64,000 nt of DNA, taken from NCBI RefSeq assembly GCF_963921235.1, contig NC_086097.1, forward strand, positions 53,012,001 through 53,076,000, written 5' to 3'. Under the pieces are notes generated by a model. The model saw only the letters and a list, made by a program, of their open reading frames with translations. It did not search any database and had not been told where the DNA came from. Within the stretch, counting starts at the first letter, position 1; each line of letters opens with the position of its first letter. This stretch comes from Mobula hypostoma (lineage: Eukaryota). Made by a program: the position numbers and the translations under genes. This document shows, piece by piece, positions 1 through 14,616 of this stretch.

Positions 1-2870
1 CTTTGAAGGATTTCAGGAAAAATGGTCTCAAATTCTCATAGAATAAATGGATGTGGCCTTATTTATTATTTAATGCCTGGAAAGGCCCACATATTTCTAT
101 TGAAATTCTGCAAACTGCGTGTGTCGTCTATTTTTTAATGTTAGCCTTAACAAAAATAGTCCAGGCATTTTGGAATAGATGAACTCTTGAAATAAAATTT
201 TTAATAGCATTATAAAAACAATTCAGCCGGCCATGGTGTATAGAAAGTGATTTGTTGGGATAATATTTCAATGCAACATCTTGTAAATATTAGTAATTTC
301 GTTTCTGAGAAAAAAAGTAAATGCATGTTATTTTTAGGCTTACTTAATATAAAAGTTTAAATAAAGGGTAATTGAAGTAATGCTTATAAGAGGCATACTA
401 AATTTAAGATCTTAAAATATGTTCCTTTTCAAGAGCAGAATTTTTTCAGAATCTCAACAAACACTGAAAAATCCTGCTGTGTGCAAATAGGCAGCCATTT
501 TTTCTAGATTGTAACAGTGGCTATAACTCAGATACTTCCCGAAGGTGTAAATGAGGTTATGGAAATGCTAATTTATTCCTATTTTTAACTGTACTCTGAG
601 CTGGGGACCAATTCTGTATTTGATTTGATTGTTGTAAGGAAAAGGGAATGAGCCTTGATTGATCACTTTAAATAAAAATAAGGAGGCAACTTAAATAGAA
701 AATAGCAATTGTGTAGTTTGAACTTATTAATCAGTTGGAGAATGTTAAGATAGGTGGCCAGAAGTTTTTCCGTAAAAATCTCTCCCTTGCAAAGTAACAA
801 AAAATGTTTGAACCAGAAAAAAAATTATTGAAAAAGGAATCAGTAAGTGCTACAAGTTGTGTATTGTGTAATTGTCACAGATGTTCATTTTCTAAAGTCT
901 TTTCAAACTCTTTAGATTTTTTTTTACAGTGAGTTAGTCTTATGATTTAGTGCCCTTGACCTGGAGTCCAATTCAACAGGAAGCACATTTTGCCTTTGTT
1001 CTTGTTACAGATTATTATTTTATTATCTCTTGCACTGTCTCGTTTAATTCTACAATTACTGAACAATGCAAGTCTGTTCATGCAGATTCTGCCCTGGACA
1101 ATGGCAAGGATGTTGCAACTGAATTCAAAGCCCTTGGTTTAAAAAAGAGGAAATCTGCATGTGGAATGACTCAACTCTTTGTTGCCTAAAGTCGTGGTAT
1201 GTTTGACAATAGCAGGTGTAACAGTGGTGTTCTCAGTTAATCAGCCTGTCATCTTGCTGCTAAATTATAAGTAGGAAATGCTAGAAATACTTAGCAGATT
1301 GAGCAGCATCTGTAGGAAGAAAAATGGTTTCAGGTATGTTAAAAGGAGAGGGAGGCTCTGATTTTTGGAGGGATTATATAAGTGATAATGTTAGAGGTTC
1401 GATGTGTTGTTTGAAAGATTGATGGAAGCCTGAAACTAATATAGGCATATCCAACCTATGGAGATGATGAGCAGAAAGTGCTGTGGCATAGAATACAGGC
1501 AGCTTGGTGAAATTATGGAGGGTGTAGCATGAGAAACTGGCCAAGAAGTTGGATTATTTTGTCACAATAGGTGACAAAAGCATGGATGAAAGTTCAGTAG
1601 TTGTGAAGTATAAGCAGTGTGGTGCAATATTATCATTGAATTGAAAGTAAGGGTTATTTGGGAGTGGGAAAATATAAGAGCATAGACATAAGAGCAGAAG
1701 TAGGTCACTTGGCCCATTGAAACTGCATTACCATTCAATCATGGCTGATCCTTTTTCTCCCTCCACAGCCCCACCCCCCCAGCCTTTTCCTCATAATCTT
1801 TGATGCGTGTCCCATCAAGAACCTATTAAGCTCTGCCTTAAATACACCCTAAAATCTGGCCTCCACAGCTGCCTGTGGAAACAAATTCCCCAAACTCACC
1901 ACCCTCCGGCTACAGAAATTTCTCCACATCTCTTTTAAATGGGTGCCCCTCTATCCTGAGCTGTCCTCTTGTCCTAGACTCCCCCACCATGGGAAACATC
2001 CTTTCCACATCTACTCTGTCTAGGCCTTTCAACATTTGAAAGGTTTCAACGAGATTCCCACCCCCACCCATGCTTCTAAATTCCAGCAAGTACAGACCCA
2101 AAGCTATCAAAAGTTCCTCGTATGATAACCCTTTCGTTTCTGGAATCATCCTTGTGAACCTTCTCTGAACCCTCTCCAAAGCCAGCACATCTTTTCTTAG
2201 ATGAGAAGGCCAAAAGTGTTCACAATACTCAAGGTGAGGTCTTATAAAGCATCAGCATCTCATCCCTACTCTTGTATTCTAGACCTCTTGAAATGAATGC
2301 TAACATTGCGTTTGCCTTCCTCACCACAAAATCTATCTGCAAGTTAACCTTTAGGGTGCCCTGCACAAGGATTACCAACTCCTTTTTCATCTCAGAATTC
2401 TTTTTGGATTTTCTCCCTGTTTAGAAAATAATCTGACATTTATTTTTACTACCAAATTGCCACTTTCTTGCCCATTCTAATCTAAGTACTTCCACAGCCT
2501 TCCTGTTTCTTGAATGGTCCCTGTCCCTCCACCAATCTTTGGATCATCTGCTAACTTGGCAACAAAGCCATCTATTTCATCATCTAAGTCATTGATAAAT
2601 AGCATAAATAGAAGTGGTCCCAACACTGACCCCTGCAGAACACCACTAGTCATTGGCAGCCAACCGGAAAAGGATCCTTTTATTCCCATTCGCAGCCTCC
2701 TACCAACCAGTGAATGCTCTAACCATGCCAGTAATTTCCTGTAATACTATGGTCTCTTGGTAAGCGGCTTCATGTGTGGCACCTTGTCAAAGGTCTTCTG
2801 AAAGTCCAAATATATAACACCCACTGCATCCCCTTTATCTATCCTACTTGTAATATCCTCAAAGAATTCC

Positions 2871-5800
2871 TTTCTAATATTTTTATTAATTTATTAATTT
2901 TACATATTAAAAATAGAGTACAAGAAAAAATATATATCAATACATTATACTAAATCACATGTAAAGACTCCTTACCCTATATTCATACAGATTAATTAAT
3001 TTGTAACATTGAAATACAGTAATTTTATTATATAAAAAAAACTAACCCACTACCAAGATCAAAGCTGATTAGTAAAGAAAAAAATTATAGGTCATCATCT
3101 GTGCTTTAACAGAAAATCAAAGGTTTTGAAAATAATTCAAAAAAGGTCGCCACAATGTTTGGAAGTCTTGGCTAGATTCAGAGATTGAACATCGAATCTT
3201 CTCTAAATTTAAACATGACATCACATCACGTAACCATTGAGCATGAATAGGAGGGGCTGCATCTTTCCATTTAAGCAAGAGCGTCCTTCTGGTCATAAGA
3301 GAAATAAAAGCCAAAATGTGCAAGTCAGATGACTCCAAAATAATATCCTTCCCTCCAACAACACCAAATAAAGTGGTCAAAGGATTAGGCTTAAAGTTTA
3401 CCTTGAAAAGTATCGAGAAAGTTTGGAATACTTCTTTCCAATGTTTTCCAAGACTCGGGCATATCCAAAACATATGAATGAGTGAAGCTTCTCCATTATT
3501 ACATTTATCACAATACAGAGATACATCTAAATAAAAATGAGACAACTTATCCTTGGTCATATGGACCACTTTAAATTGTAGGAGAGAGTTGCGGGCACAT
3601 AACGATGAAGTGTTAACCAATTTAAAAATTTGATTCCAAGTTTCCTCAGAAATTGAAGTCTGTAAATCTTGTTCCCAAAGATTTTTAATTTTATCTAAAG
3701 GAGCACTTCACATTCCCAAAATCATATTATAAATATTAGATATAGATCCATTATAAAAAGGTTTCAAATTAAAAATTACATCTAGTAGATTCTTATCAGG
3801 ACTTTTAGGAAATGTACTTATTTGAGACCGTAAAAAATCTCTTATTTGTAGGTATCAAAAAGAAATGAGTTTTGGATAAACTATATTTAGTTGACAGTTG
3901 TTCAAATGAAAAGAGACTTCCCTCTACAAACAAGTCGTGAAAGCATTTAATACCTAATCTATCCTATTCTTTAAAAGCCACATCAATCATAGAGGGTTTT
4001 AAAAAAATAATTAGAAAAAATGGGACTGGAAAGAGAAAATCTCAATAAGCCAAAGTATTTTCGGAATTGTATCCAAATTCTCATAGTATGCTTAACTACC
4101 AGATTAGCAGTTAACTTACGCAGAGACAAAGGAAGTGAGGATCCAGGAAGAGAAATAATAGAAAATTTATTAACAGAGTTAGCTTCTAAAAAAACCCACA
4201 TCGGGCAATCCTTATGATTAATGTAATATAACCAAAATGTATGATTTCTTATATTAATTGCCCAATAATAAAATCTAAAGTTTGGTAAGGCTAATCCTCC
4301 ATTCTGTTTATCTTTCTGAAGATGAATTTTATTTAATCTAGAACGCTTATTCTTCCATGTATAAGAGGATATAATAGAGTCAAGAATCAAAGAAAGATTT
4401 AGGAATAATAACAGACAATGCCTGAAAGAGATAAATAAATTTAGGTAATATATTCATTTTAGTAGAGTTAATTTGGCCAATCAGCGATAACGAAAGAGGC
4501 GACCAATTTGATAGTATCCTTTCTACGTGATTCAATAGGGTAAGAAAATTTTCTTTAAATAGACGATTATAGTTTTTAGTAATTGTTACACCCAAGTAGG
4601 TAAATTGGTTTCTTACAATTTTAAAAGGAAGGTTAGAATTTGTTGGTATCAAATTATTCAAAGGGAAAAGTTCACTTTTATGTAGGTTTAATTTGTAGCC
4701 TGAGAACTGGCTAAAATAGGAGAGTAAAGAAAGCGCATGGGGCAATGAAGTCTCAACATTAGAAATAAATAGCTGCAGATCATCAGGGTACAGCAAGACT
4801 TTATGAATAGCATCTCTCCTTAAAATACCGGTGATATCATTAGATTTTTGAAAGGCAATGGCTAAGGGTTCTGAGGCCAGATCAAAAAGCAAAGGGCTCA
4901 ATGGACAGCCTTGACTAGTGCCACGTTGAAGCTTAAATGGTTTGGAATTATGAAAATTAGTGATAACCCTAGCGGAAGGAGCTAAATAAAATAATTTAAT
5001 CCATTGAATGAAAACAGGTTTAAAATTGAATTTTTCTAAAGTTTTAAATAAATAAATCCATTCAACTCTGTCGTAAGCTTTCTCGGCATCTAGGGATACC
5101 ACACCTTATGATATCATGTTAGAAGGAGAATAAATAACATTTAATAACCGACAAATATTAAAGTGAGAATATCGATTTTTGATATCCAGTTTGGTTATCA
5201 GAAATGACAGATGGTAAAATATTTTCAATCCTATGGGCCAAAACTTTAGATAGGATCTTATTATCAACGTTAAGTAAAGAAATTGGTCTATCAGAAGAGC
5301 ATTCAGTTGGATCCTTATTCTTTTTAAGGATAAGTGAAAAGGAAGCCTTATAAAAAGATTGAGGGAGTCTGCCTGATTTGAATGAATCTGAAAAAACAAC
5401 ATAAATGAGGTATAAGCAGTGAGGAAAAGATCTTGTAAAACTCTCCAGAAAATCCATCTGGACCCAGAGCTTTCCTCAAGTGTAATGAGTGCACATCCTC
5501 AACAATTTTCTCAAAAGAAATAGGTTGTTCCAACAACTTTCTGTTGTTGGCAGAAATTGTAGGAATGTTTAGTTGGTCTAAAAAATAGTTCATTACAGTT
5601 TTATCCTTAGAAGATTCAGAACTATAGGATTTAGAATAAAATTCTCTAAAAGTGTCATTTATTTCTAAATAATCAGTTGTCCTATCACTATTAGCTTTGT
5701 ATATTTCTTTAATCTGCTGTTTAGCTATAAAGGTTTTAATTTGATCAGCCAATAATTCACCTGTTTTATCTCTATGAATATAAAATTGACTTTTATCTTT

Positions 5801-7277
5801 TCAGAGTTGGGTATCAATTGGATGGGTTAAAAGGAGATCATGGTTAGTTTTAGTTTCAACATGTCTTTTATATAAGGCAGGTTCTGGAGCCAAAGTGTAC
5901 TCTTGGTCTAATTGTTTCAGCTGATTAACTAAATCACTTCTCTCTTTATTAGCTTTTTTCTTAATACTTGCAGTATAAGAAATAATTTGTCCTCTAGTAT
6001 GCGCCTTAAAGGCATCCCGTCTGATAAGACTAGAAGTCTCCTCTAACGTATTCTCTTCAAAAAAAGTAATTTGTCTCTCCATAAACTTTAAAAAATCTTT
6101 ATCAGATAACAAAGTTAAATTAAATCGCCAAAACCTATTTGAAGAAGACCAGGGAGATTTAAAGATAGGAGCACAGGAGTGTAATCTGAGACAGCAGTCT
6201 CTTTATATGCACAGGATCGAACTGATGGAATCATTTGGCTATCAATAAAAAAATCAATCCTGGAATATGTATGATGAACATGAGAGAAAAACGAATATTC
6301 CTTGTCTACAGGATGAAAAAAAATGCCAAGCATCAACAATGCCACATTTTATTAAAAAAGATTTAATAAACACAGTTGATCTATTTGGTATCATTAATTA
6401 GAAGATGAACTATCTAAAGCTGGATCTAAGCAACAATTAAAGTCTCCACCCATCACTAATGAGTACAGACTTAGATTTGGCAAAAATGAAAAAAAAAGGC
6501 TCAAAGAAACCTGGGTCATCTATATTCGGAGCATACACACTGGCAAATACCATTAGTTTGTTATTTAGTTTCCCTGATACTATAACAAAATGCCCATTAG
6601 TATCAGAAATTACTTTATGTTGAACAAAGGGAAATTTATTATCTATAAGATTCGAAACTTCTCTGGCTTTGGCCTGAATCAAGGAATGGAAATGAGACTA
6701 TCTCCATCGATTAAAAAGGCGTGAATTGTCAGACTTACATACATGGGTTTCTTGAAGAAAAACAATTGGTACCTTAAGTTTTTTTAATATATGCAAAAAT
6801 CTTATTTCTTTTCACAGGGTGATTTAGCCCTTTCACATTAAAACTAAGTAAATTAATACTTTGATCCATTTTAAAACTATTTATAAGAAAGGTTAAAGTA
6901 GCAATCAGAAAATTGTATATTAAACCCAAATAATACACCTTGAGATATATTAGCTAAGCAATGGAATTGACTAGATTCCCAAATCAGCTTCAAGAAAAAA
7001 GAATTCCCCATCCCCTTCCCTTCTCCCAAAGAGAGAAAATCGGTCCAAGAACAACCGCTATCTACCCCACTGAAAACATCCCCTTAGAAAGCCTGTTGGA
7101 ACTGCTCCAAAGAATTCAAAGTTATTTACTGTTCCAACCAAGACTAAATAATATATAGTTAAAAAAAACAAGCTTAGACAGGTTTATCAAACAGAAAGAG
7201 CAATTATTCATACTGAAAAGTATCAAACAGTCATTTTAAAAATATATAGTATTTCTGTTTTTGCAAGATTTTTAATC

Positions 7278-7310
<33 letters not shown>

Positions 7311-8184
7311 TTTTTCAGTCTAAAAATTCTTGCGCCTGCGCCTTCATACAAAACCATTTAAATGATCGATGTTCCATTGTGATTCTCAGGTGAGCTGGAA
7401 AACAAAGAGAAGGCTTAAAATTACGGCTATGTAGCTCCGCCATAACTTTTTTAAACTTAACATGTTCTGCCATAAATTCTCATGAAAAATCTTCAACAAT
7501 ACGAATCTTCTGACCTTGGTAGTCAATCGTGCCTTTTCCATGGGCATCATGAATCAGACGGTCCTTTATCTGAAATTTATGGAAACATATAATGACTGAT
7601 CTCGGTTTTGATTTTGAAGTCGATCCGTAGATAGGCAATCTGTAAGCACGATCAATCAAAGGCAGAGACTTTATAATATCAGGGAATAATTCCATCAAAA
7701 GGTTTGCAAAAAATTCTTTAGGATTATCTCCTTCTGTTTACTACTTAAGTCCCAAGATTCGTAAGTTGTTCTTCCTACTTCTGTTTTCCAAATCAATAAT
7801 CTTCTGTCTCAGTATTTCGTTGGACTTGGATTGTTTTTCATACAGCTTTTGCAAATCATCCATTCTCTCATCCAGTACAGTAATAACCTCTTCATGTTCC
7901 TTTATCTTCTTATCAAGCTCAGTTAGAGTTGCTCGAATATCGTCTAATTTCGTACCTATTCGTTTAATTTTAGGGCTGATTTGTTGCGAATCAGCCGACG
8001 CTTCTTTTCTGAACTGTTGGAACTCCTCAGTAAGCTTTTGAATAGCTTCCAGAGCTGCTTTGGTAGTCATAGTAATATAATAACCCATCTAACAGTAGTA
8101 TTTTAAAAGGTTGGAAACAAAAGTAAGTAAATTAGGAGCACCAACAGAGAGCTGTTACTCCGTCAGTGGCCACCAGGCAAAAGT
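2871..8184 (-). mobile_element. Near full-length L1-clade LINE (ORF1 about 7300-8088; ORF2 about 3117-6870), disrupted
   Basis: ORF1 coiled coil + LENRSRKNNLRILGL; endonuclease SVYAPN and YSRIDF; RT SLDAEKAYDRVEW, GTSQGCPLSPLLF, LYPDD; Cys-rich CDKC..HMFWIC; 12-bp TSD TCAAAGAATTCC at 2859-2870 and 8185-8196. Confidence 0.93.
7278..7304. repeat. (TA)n microsatellite inside the L1
   Basis: direct read. Confidence 0.9.
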
Positions 8185-10349
8185 TCAAAGAATTCCAACA
8201 GGTTCGTCAGGCAAGATTTTTCCTGAAGGAAACCATGCTGACTTTGTCCTATCTTGTCCTATGTCACCAAGTACTCCTTAACCTCATCCTTAACAACTAA
8301 CTCCAACATCTTCCCAACCACTGAGATCAGGTAACTGGTCTATAATTTCCTTACTGCTGCATTCCTCCTTTCCTAAAGAGTGGAGTGACATTTGCAATTT
8401 TCCACTCCTCTGGCACCTTGTCAGAGTCCAATGATTTTTGAAAGATGATTTCTAATGCCTCCACCGTCTCCACTGCTACCTCTTTCAGAACCCTAGGGTG
8501 CAGTTCACTTGGTCTGAGTGATTTATGTACCCTTGTGTCTTTCAGCTTTTTGAGCACCTCCTCCCTTGTAACTGCACTCCCTTCTCTTCGATCAACATCC
8601 GGCACACTGCTAGTGTCTTCCACTGTGAAGACTGATACAAAATACTCATTTTATTCATCTGTCATCTCCTTGACCACTGTTATTATTTCTCTGGCCTCAT
8701 TTTCTAGTGGTCCTATATCCAATATCCTATATATCCTATATCCTAATGCCCGACACAGGCCTCTCATGGTCTGAGTCGACGTTCCCTCCTTCCCTTCCTC
8801 CTATATCCACTCTCATCTCTCTTTTATTTTTTACATACTTGAAAAAGATTTTATGATCCACTTTGATACTGTTTGCTAGCCTGTTTTCATATTTCATCTT
8901 TTCCCTCTTATTGATTCTTTTAGTTGCTCTCTGTAGGTTTTTAAGAGCTTCCCAATCCCGTCTTCCCAATAATTTTTGCTTTATTACATACGACTATAAT
9001 TTCCTTTATTCCACTGAAATACTGCTACGTCAGACTTTACTTTCGCCATATCAAATTTCAAATTGACTTCAATTGTATTGTGATCACTATCTCCTAAGGG
9101 TTCTTTTTACCTTAAGCTCCCTAATCAGCTCCGGTTCATTATATAACACCCAATCCAGTATAGCTGATCCCCTAGTAGTTCAATGCCATACTGCTCTAAA
9201 AAGCCATCTCACAGGCATTCTCTCTTGAGATCCATTTCCAACCTGACTTTCCCAATCGACCTGCATGTTGAAATCACCCATGACTGTCATAACATTGCCC
9301 TTTTGACACACCTCTTCTATTTCCCATTGTAATCTTTGGTCCACATCCCAGCTACTATTGGGAGGCCTTAATATAACTGCCTGTAAATACGGTACTAGAA
9401 ATCATGGTCCAGAATAGGCTGTTGAGGTTCTAAACAGGCAGATGGCTTGAAAAATTTTAAAGGTGAATAGGTTGGAATTTATGGTAGAGGGCAATGGTGC
9501 ATCAAAGTTGGAAACTAAATAATCCAATGATAAAGGGACACTGACATGTTTGAAAAACATCATAGGTAGAAGTGGGTGTTGTGACATGGAAGCTGACTAT
9601 CAGTGATATCATAAATGGAAGGTATAGAAGATGAGAGAAGGTGCAAAGAAAAATTCCTGAATAAGTTATTACTCCACAGTTAATAAAAAGAAGGCGGGTA
9701 AGGGAACCGCAAATGGAACTCTGGCTACAAATTTTAATGGCAAGTGTGATTAACTGATAAAACAGAACACAACAGTTGGTGTAGTCTCCTATTTTAAAAA
9801 AAAAGCACTGAAGAGAAACAAAAGCTGGCAGTGCTTTAATTAATTTCCAAATTTTGGACAGTGCCATTTGGATGTGGGAGATTTATAATTCTGATTGGGG
9901 TATTTAAGTATTATTTTGTATAAAGCTGTGGGATATTACAGTATACATAAGAACTTCAGAAGGAAACTGTGGATAAACCAACTGTATGAAGTTTTTACAA
10001 GGGACGAAGGTGCTGAGGACTATACATTTGCCAGTGATTCAGGGTGTGAATAAATGTGTCTTTTTTAAGATAAGGGTGTTTTAGGATATATTTTATATCA
10101 GACTTCAATCTATTTCCATACTCTCGATGTCCCACTTTCTGTTTTTTAGATTCATTTCCACTTTCTACAATCAATTGGCTCACTGCTGTATTATGAATAT
10201 TACTTTCTGCATATATTTCCACTGGGATAGTAAACTAGGAGCAAAGGGTTGTTGATGGTTGACTGAACTAACTGCAGGAAATGGATGTCAGAAGTCTTTT
10301 GAGTCCAGTGGGTGGCAGATGGGGAGTGGTGACAATGGAGAAGGTGGAA

Positions 10350-10770
10350 CTGAAATTCAGATTGGTTTATTATTGTCACATACATCGAGATACATCTAAA
10401 AGCTTCTCTTGCATACTGTTAATACAGATCAAATAAATGGACATAAATAAACAACAAATACTGATATTAAATATAATCAAACAGTGCATTGAGGTAGAAT
10501 AAGGTAAAACAGTAACAATACAGCATAAAGTGTAACGGCTACAGAGAAAGTGCAATGCAGGTAAACAATAATGAGGTAGACAGGTCAAGAGCCCACCTAG
10601 GGAACCATTCAATGGTCTTATAATAGCAGGGTAGAAACTGTTCTTGATCCTGCTCATATGTGCTTTCAGGTATGTATTTTCTGCCTGATGGAAGAGCGTA
10701 GAAGAGAGAACGTTTGGGTTCTTTGAAAGCGCTGGCTGTTTTAAAGAGTCAGTGCAAAGTACAGAGAGAG
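10350..10770 (-). mobile_element. Rex1/Babar-like LINE 3' fragment
   Basis: KAHMSRIKNSFYPAIIR-type C-terminus; same tail as other copies in the window. Confidence 0.6.
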
Positions 10771-10774
10771 TACG

Positions 10775-13700
10775 AGACATAGGAGCAGAATTAACCGAAT
10801 AGGCCCATTCAGTCTATTCTATCGTTCAATCAAGACTGATTTATTTTTCCCTCAGCCTCATTCTTTTGTCTCCTCCCTGTAACCGTTGACAGTCTTTGTA
10901 AGAAATTCCTCCTCATCTCTGTTCTAAAGGGATGTCCTCATATTCTGAGGTTGTAGTCTCTAGTTCTGGACTCTCCCACTATTGGAAACATCCTCTTTAT
11001 GTCCACTCTAACTAAGCCTTTCAATACTCCAGAGGTTTCAATGAGATCTCCCCCTCATTCTTCTACACTCCAGCAAGCACAGGTCCAGAGCCATAATTTT
11101 TTAAGAATTAAACAAAATAAAGGAGCACTGCTGCCACGTGTGCTGCTCTGGGTTGGTATACTAACTACCACAATAATTGAGGGGCTTCCTCCCTCCACCT
11201 GGCCCGTCCCTCTTCAGTAGAAGAACCCTACACCGTGGTCCTTCCCCACCAAGCCCTCACAGTGGCTGCACCAAGCTTCAGTTCATCCTCAGCACGTACT
11301 CCTGCATCCTGGAATGTACCAGTCAACAGCATTCTTCCACAAACATCTCAATGTGCTGATAGACCGACAAGTTTCAGGCTGGCCAAAGACCGTCTGTCTT
11401 GATGTTTGTCTCTATGTGTGTCCCATAGATCAGAGAATCCTCCATCATGCAAATGCTTGGGATGAACCGCAACACAGGCTCTTTCATCTTTCTCCAAACC
11501 CAAAGAGGTGAGCTTCTGTCTCTTCCCCACTACAGTCATCCAGCAGGCAGCGAGATGTGGGAGTGGTGCTCTGGGTATGCGGGAAGGATTTGACTGGGAG
11601 AGCCTTCCACCCCCACCCCCCACCACTGCCAGCCAGGCAAGGTCGTGGTGCCTGTTGGTGAGGCATTCCGCCAGATGGTCTGGACAGTCTGCTCGGGAAA
11701 TCACCCCACTGTGTCTATCGAGCCCTTCTCCTGCAGTGTCTGCAGGATGTCCTGTACTGATCACTGCGTGATGGACTTGTGGTCAAAGGTGTTGTTCCAG
11801 AAGAACTTGTCCACAAAGGACAGGTAGCATGACAATGTCCAGCTGACTGGGACATTTCATGGCAACGGGACCATACTCATTCCCTATAACACCAGGTACA
11901 TACAGAACCTCTGCATGTAGTGGTACTTGGCACCCACGTATTTAGCTTCCAGAGCCATAAAATGCTCCTAATATGTTAACCCTTTCATTACTGAGATCAT
12001 TCTCATAAACCCCATTTGGACTCTTTCCAGTGGCAGCACATCTTTTCCTAGATACGGGATCCAGAACTGCTCGCAATACTCTCAAGTGCAGTCTGACCAA
12101 TGCCTTATAAAGCCTCAGCATTACATCCTTAATTTTATTCAACATTCAACGTTGTTTAACGTAATTTCCAGTACACAAGTGTAAAGGATGTCAAAATAAT
12201 TGTTACTCTGGATCCAATGCAGCATAAAAAAAAAATAAGATAAAGAAAGCAACAATAAAAAACATAAATATAAATACATCAGATAGCTTTTATACATAGA
12301 TTGATAATATGTCCATAAAGTGATGTTATTTACAGGAGTGACTGTACACAAGGTGACTAACAGAAAATGATAAAGTAGTGGTGGTTGGGAGTGTGGAGGT
12401 GTTGATCAGATTTACTGCTAGGGGAAACTAGCAATAGTAGTGGGACAAACAGTCCATGAGCAAGGTATGTATATTATAGTCTAGTCCTCTTGAAATGAAT
12501 GCTATTATTGCATTTACCTTCCTTTCATACCACCGATTCAAATTGCAAGTTAACCATTAGGAAATGCTGAATTAGGACTCCCTAGCACCTCCGATTTTTT
12601 AATTAGCACACCATTTAGAAAATAGTCTACAATTGTATTCCTTCTTCCAAAGCGCATGGCCATACATTTCCCTACACTGTATTCTATCTGCCCCTTCTAA
12701 TCTTTCAAGTCCTTCTGCAGACTCAGCTGCCTCAACACCGCCTGCCCCCGACCTACCTTTGTATCATGAACAAAGCCATCAATTCTGTCAACCAGATCAT
12801 TAGAAAGTGAAAAGTAGCAGACCTAACTCCGCCCCTGCAAAACACCACTAGCAACTTGCAGCCAACTAGAAAAGGCCCCCATTATTCCCAATCCTCACAT
12901 TCTGCCAGTCAGCCAATCTTCTCTCCGTGCTAGTGTCTTTGCTGAGATATCACGGGCTCTTCTCTTGTTTAAAAAAACATCCAGCAGCTTGTCAAAGGCC
13001 TTCTGGAAATCAAAGTAAACAACTCTCGTTGTCTGTTCTGCCTCCTAGTTCCTCAAAGAATCTCAGCAGGTTTGTCAGGCTGAGATTTCCCATTAAAGAA
13101 ACAATACTGACTTCCACTTATTTTATGTCCCTCTAAATACCCTGAAACCTCATCTTTAATAATGGACTCGAACACATTGGCAACCACCTCTGGCTAAATG
13201 GCCTACAATTTCCTGCTTTTTGCCTCTGGACATTCTTAGAGAGTGTGGTGACATTTGCAATTTTCCAGTCCTCCAGCACCATTTCAGAATCTATCAGTTC
13301 CTGAAACATCATTACTAATGCTTCATAGTCTCTTCAGCCACCTCTTTCAGACCCTGGGATGTAGTTCATCTGGTCCAGATGACTTATCTAATTTCATACT
13401 TTCCAGCTGCCCAAGCACTTTCTGCTTAGTAATAGCAACTATACTCATTTCTGACCCTTGACATCCTTGATTTTTTTGGAATGTGGCTGGAGTCTTCCAC
13501 AGTGAAGACTGACTCAAAATACTTATTCAGTTCATCTGCCATATCTGTATTCCCCTTACTACCACCACACCAGTATCATTTTCCAGAGGTCCAATGTCCA
13601 CTCTTGCCTCTCTTTCACTCTTTATATATCTGGAAAAAACTTCTAGTATTCTATTTTATATTATCAGTTAGCATACCTTCATATTTAATCATTTCTCTCT

Positions 13701-14600
13701 TTATTGTTTTTTGTTGCCTTCTATTGGCTTTTAAAAGCCTCCTAATCCTCTAGCTTCCCACTAATTTTTGTTATATTGTATGTCTTCTCTTTTGCTTTTA
13801 CGCTGTCTGTTTTCCTTTGTCAGCAAAGTTACCTCATCGTCCTTTTTGAATGCTTCTTCTTTAGGATGAACCAATCTTGTGTCTTTTGAATTACTCCCAG
13901 AAACTCCAGTCATTGCTGCTCAACTGGCATCCCTGCTAGTGCCACATCCAACCAACATCTGCCAGCTCCTCTTCAATGCCTCTGTTTACTGTGATATTGT
14001 TACAGCCAATCCTCTCCTTCTCAAACTGTAAGGTGAATTATATCATATTGTGACCACTGTTTCGTAAGGATTCCTTTACTTTAAGCTCCCTAATCAAATC
14101 TGGTTCATTACACAACACACAACCCAGAATTACCCTTTCCCCTGGTGACCTTGACTGCAAGCTGCTCTAAAAAGCCATCTCACAGGTATTTTACAAATTC
14201 CCACTTGTGCGATCCAGGAGACCTGAACCAGAAAACCTGTTTTTCCCAATACACCAACATATTGGAAACCCTATGACCATTGTTATCTTGCCCTTTTTGC
14301 ATGCCCTTTCGATCTCCTATTGTAATTTGTATTCTATATCCTAGCTACTTTTGGAGGCCTGTATATAAATGAGAGTCTTTTTACCCTTACACTTTCTCAA
14401 GTCTACCCACAAGGGTTCATCTTCTGATCCTATGCCTTTTAAAGAATATGATTTATTTTTTTTAACCAACAAAGCCACTCCATCCCCTCTGCCTGTCCTT
14501 CTCATATGATTTGCATCCTTGGATTATAACTTGTCAAATGTGAATTTCTTTCAACCTCAACTCAGTGATGCCCATACTGTCATACCTGCCAATTTCTAAC
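10775..14600 (-). mobile_element. Degraded CR1 LINE with inserted Tx1-like and Rex1-like pieces
   Basis: CR1 3' end at 10775, [12 protein letters not shown], antisense SSTVKTD/SSSGPDD segments. Confidence 0.75.
11097..11947 (-). mobile_element. 5'-truncated Tx1/L1-clade retrotransposon
   Basis: HHDLAWLAV, ALPVKSF..RCLLDDCSGEETEAHLF (C-terminal zinc-finger-like); T-run at the left end; 13-bp TSD TCCAGAGCCATAA at 11084-11096 and 11948-11960. Confidence 0.75.
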
Positions 14601-14616
14601 CGTGATACCAAAGTTG

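Larger units (their letters stand above)
1685..9385 (-). mobile_element. Degraded CR1-clade LINE, split by an L1 insertion (2871-8184)
   Basis: Peptides [47 protein letters not shown]; sequence resumes after the L1 TSD. Confidence 0.9.

Noticed and set aside
1..1270. End of an upstream neighbouring gene
   Set aside because: AT-rich sequence with no coding exon I could identify
9400..10350. Minus-strand ORFs with hydrophobic, membrane-protein-like sequence
   Set aside because: No recognisable family; looks like the antisense of purine-rich decayed repeat sequence
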